A DNA stretch of 64,000 nucleotides, from contig NC_058132.1 in the NCBI RefSeq assembly GCF_016433145.1, forward strand, positions 264,122,516 through 264,186,515. Direction: 5' to 3'. The stretch is from Gracilinanus agilis. Lineage: Eukaryota. A model generated the notes under the pieces. That model saw nothing but the letters and a program-made list of their open reading frames with translations, was not told the DNA's origin and made no database searches. Shown piece by piece: positions 26,391 to 40,560 of the stretch (position 1 is the stretch's first letter; every line of letters starts with the position of its first letter). Both the position numbers and the translations under genes were made by a program.

Positions 26391-28586
26391 TGCTTAAGGA
26401 AAGAAGAAAGAACCTTCACGGTACACAGAATGTCCTGAAGTCTTGACTCCAGGACTTCACTCTCTATCTAGACCCAAACAAAAATAATATGACTTCTAAG
26501 CGAAAGGAACAGAACGCTGCATACCCTCCGTGCACACAGACGCCCTTCCTCGGGCGAACTCTGGGTTCCCTTGAACAGCAGCAGCTTCTCAGACACATTG
26601 ACAGTGTCACTTTACAAGACATCGAACCCTTTCTGGAAGCGCTGAGAAAATGATCATTGCTTTGAAAAGGAAAGAAAAGCGTGCTGCCGAGGGAAGAGCA
26701 AGGAGCTGCAAATTTACCTCACGCTGACTCAGTCCACACAGCAGATGGTGGCAGAGCCTGCAAGGGAAACGACCTCCCCAATTTTTTTTTAAGTACTTCC
26801 TAATATCAGCAAAGGCTCGTCTTTCTGTACTAGGCACTTCGTTCCTGTGAAAATCTATCCCTGTCTCTGAGAACCTCATTTACCGCACATTGCGCGGACT
26901 GCTTTTGCTCACTGGTGGCTTTTGCTACTAGAGAAAGGAAGAGGCCACGAAACGCGCGCAAACTTGACCACAACGCGCACACGTGTACATACATTCAACG
27001 ACCCCCCCCCTCCCATCAGAAGGTGCACTACAGTTCCACTCCCCCCAAAATAAGTAAGTAAATAACAAAAGCAACAAGCTCAAAACAAAGCAAAACAAAG
27101 CAACTACAAGCAACAAACAACGACCGTCGAGTACCGAGGACAAACCTCCACTTTTACTTACAACTGTGAGGGCACCTTCTCAGCATCAGACTCCAAAAGA
27201 ACCGCACGAGAAATGGGGACAAAAGGGGTTTGGTTACATATTTTTAAAAAATGTATTCTCACATAAGGAGCTCCACTTGTTACATATGAACCGTAATTTG
27301 TACTTTTCTTCTTGTTGTTTGGTATTTAAGGGGTGAGGGAGTATGGGACAAAGAAAAAAAAATCAGAGAAATAGCAGTTTTTGCTATGTAAGACAAAACA
27401 AAATTCCACGGAGCGCCGTCTAGTGGTAGTCGAATTGTCCAAAGAAGGCAAACGAGTTGTACTTGGGAATGAATGTCTTCTTCTATTTGGTACTTTTGAG
27501 TCTTCTTTAGATCTGTCAGACTTAAGGGGGATATATTATGACCTTTAAGACACCGAAAAACATAGTATCAGAAACATGAGGATTATCAGCTAGACAAAAG
27601 TTTCGAGATTGGGAAGAATCTTAGCACCTTACTTCCAAATCGAGTGGCAGTCACCTGCACAAAAAGAGGCGTTTTCCCACATCAGACATGGGCAAAGCTC
27701 TGCAAGATCCGCAACTGAGACCTAACTGTGTTCCTCTTCCTTTGCCCTACCTGTAAAGTTGGATATTGTTACTTGTATATTAATTCCTCAGAGAGAATAA
27801 GGGCCCGTGATCCAACGGGGCGCCGATTCAGTTTTCTATTTGACCCTTAAGCACTCTCAGACACTTCTCAATATAAACTGATTGATTTTTGAATGGACCT
27901 TTTTAACTCTGAGTACAGAGCAAGAGCATTTTTTCTTCATAGATTCAGCAGCTTCAGGAAGAAGAAGACATTTTCCGGAGCTGATTTAACCAAAATAAAT
28001 AAATAAATAAATAGTACTCTTGCCTCAGAGACCACGAGTTAGTAAAAGACAATTATTGGAATCCACTACCTAAAACTTGTCCCAATACTACTTTCGCAGG
28101 CCTTTTTATTAACTTCATCCACTCAATTCACACATGCATGTATGCATGCATTCATAGGTAGATACACACACATACTCCAGTCCATTCCCATCACCTCTTC
28201 CCTTTTCCTCTATGAATTTTAAGTCAACCCCTGATTTTAAAACGTCTCCTTCTGCTTGCTTTTGTCTCGGAATTTCTGGGAGCAGCAGTTTGAAAAGATG
28301 GGGGGAAAGGCATACTCTTCTGAAAAGGAAAAAAAAAGTAAAGCAAGATGATGAGAAGTTTGGAATAAAATATTATTTGGAATATATGGAATAAAATATT
28401 TGTAAATAAAAAGGATAGGGGAATTGAGTCGTGATTAGTCCTGGGGAAGGGAGAGAGGGATGTTATAACTAGATGTCTCGTGGCTGTTGAGGTTTTCCCT
28501 GATCATTTAAAATTAATCACCTATTATAATTGAATTCTCTTCAAATGGTAAACTGCTTTAAAACACCGTGTTAAAGTTTTAGCAGA

Positions 28587-28592
28587 TTTATT
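28587..28592 (-). terminator. Candidate distal poly(A) signal of TBR1
   Basis: TTTATT on plus = AATAAA on mRNA; several UGUA motifs (taca on plus) lie just upstream in transcript orientation. Confidence 0.55.
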
Positions 28593-29784
28593 TTACTTGT
28601 TATACACAGACGATACAAACGAGCAAAAACAAAACATTTCTCAATGGAGCTTGTACTTGTATAAATTATTCAGTTCACAGACAAAACATAACAAATATAA
28701 AAATCACAACATTAGATTTACAGAAGAGTCAAAAATATACACACGTGTAGACCCTGAATTTCTATTAGGAAAATCCCCCCCATGGACTGGAATCTAGATT
28801 GAATATTGTGTATTATGCATATTTCACGTTATAACTTAAAATACCAAAAAAAAATTGTAAAAGTTTGCTACACAACATTCGAAATCCTACTAATCTACTT
28901 CCAGGGGGATTAATGTTCCTTATCAAATGTAACAAGACTTACAAGAAGAAAAAAATCAGTCTTACTCGCACCAATGCTAGTGTTTTTCCAAGGAAGTCAG
29001 ATTTCAGCTGTTTTCTAGGTTAGAGGGAAAAATCATTTTCAAAACTAAAATGCAGCAAAATATACAACTCACACGATTCATCTTCACTGGACTACACTAT
29101 AGTTACCAACAATTCAATCATCTATATCGTTTTAGAGTATTCATTACAAAGATTTACAGCATATAAAGAGGGAGAAAACTGAAGAGAAATTCGGAAACAG
29201 TTTGTCAGCATATTTGGCACCTGCACAGACCAGTAATGGATTTGGCACTTTGGGAAAAACAAATAAGGCAAAATAATATTGCTGATGTCGAGCTATTTGA
29301 TTTAGGAAGTGAGAAAAAAAACTTAAAAATTCAGTTAACTTTGCTTTTGGGAGGCATCATGCCATTTAATTTACTTTTCTATAAACAGATTTCCATTCTT
29401 TATAGGAGTTAGGGTGGGTAGGTACTCCTTAGCTATGTGCACTTAGGGCACAGAGTAAATTATTCCATGCGAGGGATTGCAGAGAAGTGAGAAACCCATT
29501 ACTCATTGCCATAGCTATTGGCCATTTTACATTACCAGAGCTTCTAGAATATAGTTAACCATCTCTCAAGGAAAATAAATAAATAAAGTTAAGCATGAAC
29601 TGGTTTTGTGCCTTCACAATAAGAATAAAAACTAGCCATTCATTACAATAAATTAACACTATGTACAGACATTTCACAGGCTTTGTTCCACTAAAGTTAT
29701 TAACATCCCTACCATCCATCCATCCATTCATGGATAAGGAAGGAAGCGCTGTATGGGCTCCAGTTTCTAGAGTCAGGCGTCCTA

Positions 29785-29790
29785 TTTATT
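29785..29790 (-). terminator. Candidate proximal poly(A) signal of TBR1
   Basis: TTTATT on plus = AATAAA on mRNA, about 545 nt after the stop. Confidence 0.55.
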
Positions 29791-30289
29791 AATGAGGGTA
29801 AGGGTTGGAAAAAGGTGTGGAAAGGATTGGAATTGCTGCATTCCTATAGCACTGCTTGGCTTTTGCCTGGCAAAACCAAGGACTGTCCAGATCTCCCAAA
29901 GGTGAAGGATTTCATTACAAGTACAGTAGAAGGAAAGAAAAACAAACAAACAAACAAATAGTAGGCCAAGGAAGGGGAGAAGAGGGGAGGGAAGGCAGGG
30001 TAGAGACTTAAATAAGGGCAACTTCGTGGAAGGGAAGAAAAGCAGGGACATTTAAAGGGGCTGGGGGTTACAGCTAAAGTTGAAGATCAGTGCGCTAACT
30101 GAAGAAAAAAAAAGGTTAAAAACACACTTGGAGATCTGTATTTATTCACTGCAGACGGCAATGGCAATGGTAGGACTCAAAGAAAATGCACGAGATGCGG
30201 AAGGTGGGGTTGTAGAGAGTGGAAATGGAAGGGGAAGAAGAAAGACTTGTCCGGGTCTGGCCTGAGGGGGAGATGAGAGGGAGTCTTGG

Positions 30290-31356
<1,067 letters not shown>

Positions 31357-34300
31357 TCAAGAAGCCGTCCTCTATGAAGACTGGGGGGGAGGGGGGGGAG
31401 GGACAAGAGAGGGCACGCATCCCTTCATCCCCACCCTAGGAAATCACTGACCCGTAAGGAAGGTCCGTGTACTTGGGCATTAAGAAGGCCCTTAGTTATA
31501 GAACTAAGACTACCACTTCTTCCGTTTCTCAGTCTCTTTGTCATGCACATACGGTCCTTCCAAAATGTACAGTTCAAGGGCAAAGGAAACAAACAGAAGG
31601 TCTTCTTTTGCCCTTTGCTTGGTCAAAACATATTTATGCATATTCACAAAGCCAGAACGATTTGCAAGGAGTTACTTGATTAACAGGCTCTGGTGGTCAA
31701 GGGGTTTCTGTACTCTGGAGATTTTTTCTTTAAGGTTTTAGAGAGAAATTTTAAACAAAGGCTCCCCCTTCTCTCTACCTCCTTCTCCTTCTTACCACTC
31801 TTCTTCCACCCTCTGTTACTTTCACTAAGTCCCTTAGAAAGTAATCCATATCTTCTTAGAATTCAAAGGCCTGCACATTCATCTTTTCTTTTTCTTGCAT
31901 AAATGATACAAGAAATATAAATGTGTGTGTACCCTCAGAAGGAGCTATTGAAGGAAAAGAGCCCAACCAACACTAGAATATCTTGGAGGCACTTTTTTAG
32001 TCTTCTATTGTTTTCTCTTTACCTCCACACCCACCAAAACAAACAAACAAAAAAAGGAATCTTTTCTTGTAGGAAGAAACTATGAAAGAGAAATCATTTA
32101 AAGTTTTTACAAAGGAAAATATTTCTCTTATCCAACATCCCCCACACATTCTTCTTTCTGGACCCCTATCTCACACAAATAAGAGCCTTGAATCTGGCTG
32201 TCAAAAAATTGAGGCTGAAACCTTTTGCTATCCAACTATCCCCAGGCAATCCCAAAAGGCTTTAACTGGTAGGGTTAGGTCACTGGCAGCTGCTGTGCTG
32301 GCCTACAGTGGCATGAATGACTTTTGTTAGAGAATAAGCTTAGGCCTCTAGGCTAATAGAACCTCATTAGAGATTATTTGAGGGAGAAAAAAGGCTGTTA
32401 AGATGAATAGGAATGTATCCACCTACAGATCAACAAAAATCCTCCACTTTCAGTTAACTAAGACATGAGCCCTAAAATGCTCACCAATGCATCTTTAAAG
32501 ATTGAGGGAAGGGGAGGAGGGGGGGGGAAGGATGTGTAGCTAAAGGAGAAGAGTTCTTTCATATCTCAGTTCCATTTGGAAGAGAGTAACTTGTTGGCCA
32601 CAAAAACAACTGCTGAATTCTCCAAGGGTAACATCTAAATTGAAATCTAATTTTTCAGAACTTTGCCTTCCCCCAAACAAATAAACAAACAAACAAACAA
32701 ATAAATAAATAAATAAAGGGAAAATTCAGAATTCGAGTGCAAGGGAGGAGGAAGGGAGGAAAGCAATATTTCCTTTTTGCTCAGGAAAAAATTACATGGT
32801 TTTGAAAAATGCTCTTTTCCATAATAAACACCAGCTGATTTTAAAATCAAAGGGGGGAAAAGAAAGATGAAGAAGTCATAAGCAAGTGCCTTTTAAAATA
32901 GATTTCTGCAACATTTAGCCTTTTAGGAGTTGGGGAGGGACAAGAGAGCATTAACAAGTAAAAGGGTTCCTCTGCACTAGATAATCAATATAAGTAATCT
33001 CTGTCCTGAAATTTTGTTGTATTTTAAAGATGAAAACTAAGGGGGCTGGAAGGGAAAAAAAGTAAGCAACTACTTCTTTCTTCTTTATTTACTAAGATAC
33101 AGAAACAGTGTTGCCAAAAGTTGGTTTAACCACCTACTGACAGTTTAACTAGATCTGAACCCCTTGGGAATCCTAGACCCATTTGCTACACTAAATGCAA
33201 CCGAACAGATGTTAATAATAAATTTTTTAAAAAACTAGGATTTTAAAGGTCTCTTCTGTAATATCTCTGGTAACCAACGCATTCTGGATTTACCTGTCTT
33301 CTATACTGTAGCTAGAACCCTTTGCAAAAGACTGTCCCATGACTCCTCTTTTAGGGAGGGAGTAAATAGGGGGAGCACAGTTACTTTTGAATAATCTTTC
33401 GATAGAAGAATAATACTTTGGTTGGTCTTTTTAAAAAGAAGATGAAGATGCAAAATGTATCACTATCAATCATCCTAAACCCAAGCCCACAGTTTCTTAA
33501 ACTCTTCTCATAGCATTGACAAAATCGAGTACAGATTGGATTTAGGGGTTTAAGAAATGGTGGCATCTGCCCGGAGCTGGAAATGAAGCCGCAGCCCTGT
33601 TTCTTTTTTCCCTGCAAATTTAATCTGATCCTACGCAGAGGGCGGCTACAACTTCGTGGCAGTATCCCAGGCACTGAGAGCAAGCCATCTAATTAAGACT
33701 TGTGTCTTTCCCTTATATGGTCAAGGGAAAAAAAATAGGGGGAATCCCCACACTCCTTTGAAATCTAGATTTAGAACTCACTATCCACCACCATCCAAAC
33801 CCAGAGCCACGGAGCCTGGTCCCCTACACTAATGCTCTGATCTAGAGTGAGTTTAGTAGGGATTGAGTTTAAACGGAAATGTTGCCCCCAAAGAAGGGAA
33901 GATTAAGTAAGACAAGAGGGACAAATATGAAAAAGGGAAATGGAAGGGAAAAGAATAAACGTAAGTTTCTAAGTCAGATCCAGAAAGTAAAAATTTGGGG
34001 GGGGGGGAATCATTTCCTTTTGACGGTATTTAAATGTGCACCAAATCCCGCTTCACCTCTTTCCCCAAACTCAAACTGTTAAAGCAAGCAGTTCATCACA
34101 TTAGCTGTAGGCTTCTGTACATTTTTATCTAGTCCACAATAATGAATAGGAAATGCTATTATAGGAAACTTGAATGTCACATATGCCAATAAAACTCTCC
34201 CAACTGCCAAAGCAACGTGCAGTTTCGGGCAGAATCCGGGACAAGCTTCAGATGCAAACAATCTGAGTTAGGCATCTTGCAGCCACACACAACAGGACTG

Positions 34301-34625
34301 AACCCAGAGGCAAAACTATCTTCCAACAACCAAGCCAAAGTCCCAGAACCGACTGAACAACATCTCAATTCAAATAAAAGCTAGATAGAAACTAAAAACA
34401 TCTTGACTACACCAGAAATGCAACCAACTTAAGAAAACCTCAGAAAAGGGTACAAACAAAAAAGAGGGAGAGGAAGGGAGGGAACCCCATTACAACCTCA
34501 TCCTCACACGTTTCACTTCCTGAAAGCTTTCTATTCCACAATTCTACAATTTTATTGAACTGATAAACGTTGCACTTATTATTGTGACCCCGAAGAATGA
34601 AGAAAAACAGAAACAAATTTACTTA

Positions 34626-34778
<153 letters not shown>

Positions 34779-35724
34779 TCATTAATTAGATGTACGGCTT
34801 CCCTTATTTAAATATGGGGGGGGAAGGTAACGGAAAAGTTTAAATGAGTAATAACTTAAATGAAAGGCCCAAATTAAATGCATGTTTTTCATTAGTTCCT
34901 GTTCTGCGTTTATAGAATTTTAAATACATATCACAAATGCTTATTAAAAGCAATATATTTATTCGGTCAGAAACATTTCCAGCGAGATTGAATTTATGAC
35001 CAGATGTTGACTATTGGAACCCTTTCGGGACATTTAGAAAGACTGTGTTGACATTGGTATAGCAACTGCAATGAGCAGAGAGAATTTTCATTTCACACAT
35101 TAAATCCAAGTTTCACCTAAATGAAAGCACCTACTAATAAAATAAAAGTTTTAGTGTATTTTGCCCCATCACCCCCATTCCAGACATCAGCAGCTATTGA
35201 CAGCTTTTAAAAACTTGCTTTTAAAAAAGAATGCTGGATTGACCAATGGAGCTGATTCCCTTCTGAATATTCCCTCCTTAATATGAATGTTTCCTCAGTC
35301 TCCCAAGGTGGTGATTTTTGTTCGTTTTAGCCTTCAGTCCTGCCCACCTAGGAAACAGTTTCAAACGCATTTTGATTTTCTGTGATAACGAAGGCGCTCG
35401 CCAGGAATGAAAATGCAAGGGGGAAGGGGGGGGGGGGATCTGCTTGTTTTGCAAAGGAAGAAAAATTGAGGAAGAGTTTTTTTTTATCTGTTCTTGTTTA
35501 CAGATCCAATTCTAACTCCTCGAATTAAGGTCGCCAGAGATCCGGGAGACCAGCTAAGTACCAAAACCGGTCCCCGAAGTCAGAGGCAATAAACAATCGT
35601 ATTCCCCTATTGCCAGCAATTTTTGGAGGGTGCACCTCCCTCCTATCCTGCGAAAGCTAAACGCTGTGACTGCTGCTGCTGCCGCTGCTGCTGCTGCCAG
35701 AACCTGGGGGTGATGCCTGCTTCA

Positions 35725-36075
<351 letters not shown>

Positions 36076-36457
36076 TCACAGCTGTCAGAAAAAATCCGAC
36101 TAGATCACTCTCAAGAAAATTTGACCCGAACCACCCATCCCTTAGGCCATCTCTTCCCTCCCCCCCCCCCATAGGAGGGTCTTGCATTTATTCACCCTAA
36201 AAAAAAAATCCGGCTTTTCTTTCAGAAACCAATCAACTGAATATTTGCTTTTGGGAATCTGGGAGGAAGTAGGGTAAGAAGGGAGATTTTAATCCGTGTT
36301 TCTTTGTTCATTTCATTTTAGTAGGTTGAAATTAAATTTTAAAAGACAGAAAAAACCCAAATGCTTGTCTTTCCAGGAAGGGGAAACTGTTTTGATTCGA
36401 GGAGGAGGAGGAGGAGGAAGGGAAGAGATAATTTAATATAAGAAATAGGTAGTACTA

Positions 36458-36772
<315 letters not shown>

Positions 36773-37028
36773 TCAAGAACCCACATGCATACACAAACAC
36801 ACACACACACACCTTGATCAGTAAATCACTTTAAAGAGGAATTTTCTGGAGGCATTCTTTTCTTTTTATTAGCTATAAATGATTAAATTAGCTTTTGTAT
36901 AGTCTACTCCTCTCCCCCCCCCTTCCCCGTCTCCTTTTCTTTAAAAAAAAATTGGCCAATCGTTTTTAAAGTCGCTCGAGCCAGTCCACAAAGGCTTTAA
37001 TTAATCATTCTCACCTAAATATGTGTCA

Positions 37029-37448
<420 letters not shown>

Positions 37449-37823
37449 TTAGCGGCAGATCTTCCCTCTCTCCGGGAGGAGAGGCAAGGAAGGACCCCGC
37501 TTAATAAATGAACGCATCCTTCTCCAGTTGCCGGTGCCCAAACGGCCCTTTCCCATCTTCCACCCTGGCAGGTCAGATCGTGGTTCTAGATCGCACCTTT
37601 ACCCTTCCGGTTGTCACCCCATACACGCACAGATCCCTCCACTATCTTTTTTGTAAGCTAGGAAAATCGGGGTTCATACCCCCCTGCTGCTGATTCCCCC
37701 CCTCACCCGACCCTCACTGCCTTAGTCGCCACCATTCTGCGGACTATCCGCTAGTCCAGCAGGCAGCGGCTGTACGAGCAGCAGCAGCAGGAACAGTAGC
37801 AGCAGCAACGAATGTAGCTTTTA

Positions 37824-38552
<729 letters not shown>

Positions 38553-38554
38553 GT

Positions 38555-38742
38555 NNNNNNNNNNNNNNNNNNNNNNNNNNNNNNNNNNNNNNNNNNNNNN
38601 NNNNNNNNNNNNNNNNNNNNNNNNNNNNNNNNNNNNNNNNNNNNNNNNNNNNNNNNNNNNNNNNNNNNNNNNNNNNNNNNNNNNNNNNNNNNNNNNNNNN
38701 NNNNNNNNNNNNNNNNNNNNNNNNNNNNNNNNNNNNNNNNNN
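38555..38742. other. Assembly gap (188 N) in TBR1 5' UTR/promoter
   Basis: Run of N. Confidence 0.99.
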
Positions 38743-38850
38743 GATGAAACGGCTTCTGCCATTGGTTAACTGCTGACAGTAATTTAATTAGATAGACATT
38801 AATTAGGATAATCACCTGGCTCCTGGTCGCGATGATCATGGCAATTTGAA
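38743..38850 (-). promoter_or_regulatory. TBR1 proximal promoter / 5' flank
   Basis: About 230-330 nt upstream of the ATG: CCAAT (minus) 38761-38765, TGACAG 38774-38779, TAATTTAATTA 38780-38790, a further TAATTA near 38800-38805, E-box CACCTG 38813-38818. The TSS may lie in N gap 38555-38742. Confidence 0.65.
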
Positions 38851-39959
38851 GGAGATGATTTTATTGTGGGCAATAGGGGGGGAAAGTGTGTGTTGGTTCT
38901 ACGTGATCATTGTTGTGTCACCTTTAAGCTTTGTGACCACTGCTTTAGGAAAATTCAAAAGACTTGCCATTTACTAAACATTTTCCAACCCCCTCCCTTC
39001 TTTTGGGTGGAGGGACGGGGGAGGGGATTCGATGTTGGGAGACTTTTCAGTTTTGAATGAGCCAAATATTCAGTTGAATGTAACCATTTCAAAGTGCAAA
39101 GTATACAAACCACGAGCCGGTGGCCTCAACTAACCCTGTAAAAGTTCCAGAATTTGTCTTTTCCAGCTAATACAAAAGTACACAATACCTGAGTTAGCCC
39201 TTTGTGAATGGGTCATGTGTCTCATACTTCCCCCTTCTCTATTCTCCCTCCCCTCCCCCTTTCTTTTTCAAGAATTAGCCGCTGCTCGTAGTGGTCGTGG
39301 TGGGGAGAGTGAGTGTGATGTGGGAGGAGACGGAGTGGGCAACAGTAACCAACCCACCCACTTCTGGAAGGTTTTCGTTTCTTGGTTGACTACAGACCCA
39401 GTGGCAATATAGGATCTCATTTTTAGGTTTTGAAATAATAATAAGCTGTTGAGCTGAAGTGCCTTGATGTATTTGCAGTGATGTTTACGGGTTCTTTAGT
39501 AAATAAATATTTTATCTGCGTGCTTGAATGCAGATTATCTTTGAAGCATCTAACTGATGTGATATTCAGGCTTTTGCATTTCTTGCCATGGGAGGTCCCC
39601 TGTCGTGGCCAGTGGATCAGAAGCAAGGCTGGGAAAAGGGGACTGTTCCCTTTGTAAATACAAATATCAGATGCAGTGGTCTTGGGAGACACAAAATGGA
39701 AGTAGTGTCAAAACTAGGATCGCTGCTAAAGGAGAGAGAGAGAAGACCTAGAGAGAAAATTAACCCACGTCTCTGATTTTGTAAAAGGAGGGGAAGAAAC
39801 CCCTCATTTGAAGAGGTTTTTAAAATCATAATTAGAACAAGGCCCGAAGCGACCTCGATGTATGTGTGAGGGGATTGAGGGGTGGAGGTGGGGGAGGGGG
39901 ATAAGATTATCCCCAAATCACTGACATAGCTAGATAAAAGACAGACACCCAGCTTACTC

Positions 39960-40560
39960 TGGCTCGGGGGAAGCTGGCATAGCGAGAGAGAGAGTGATCA
40001 AACCTGCTTCCCCACTGTAGGGTGCACCCGCAACCCCGCCCTCCTGCAGCTTTCTTTGCCAGGCTGTGTGCGGTGGGTGAAAAGAGAGAGGAGGAACCGC
40101 AACCTGAGCATCGCGGTTCAGCCCAGACAGGTCTGTGAACTCTCCCTCGGGTGGACTTTCAGCTCTGTCCACCAGTAGGTGCGCCCGCGCCCCGGGAGCC
40201 AGCGCAATATGCGCTAGAACGGACGTGAGCGCACCTCCCATCCTTTTTCGTTCTCTCCTCACTCCGCCTCATTGTTCTGCAGCCCGCAGCGACTGTAGCG
40301 CGGGGTGGTTGAGATGGAGCGGGCTTCCCCCTTGCACTCAGCCTGCGAGGAGGAGCCACCCACCTGGGCAGAGGAGGGAAGCTAGGCCGGGGATGGGTAA
40401 CGAAACAGCGCCTGGCAGGGCTCCTGACGGGGGGGGGGGGGTGCGGTGAAAGGGAAGGGGGGGACTCCTTTCTTTCCTACCAGCGTTTGAAGAAGGGGGA
40501 CGTCGCTTAGCTAAGCTGGCTCCCCAGAACTCTTGTTCCGCAGGCAGGGCGAGCTCAGCT
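39960..40560. promoter_or_regulatory. CpG island upstream of TBR1 (between PSMD14 3' end and TBR1)
   Basis: Dense CpG (e.g. gcgcccgcgccccgggagccagcgcaatatgcgc) and G-runs; no TE signature. Confidence 0.7.

Noticed and set aside
27406-27417. REST/NRSE-like CCACGGAGCGCC
   Set aside because: Lacks two bases of the right half-site (CCACGGACAGCGCC) and has no left half-site.
29608-29614. GTGCCTT miR-124 7mer-m8
   Set aside because: On the plus strand, antisense to the TBR1 mRNA.
39954-40262. 102-aa ORF in the upstream CpG island
   Set aside because: No recognisable protein; CpG islands commonly give such ORFs.
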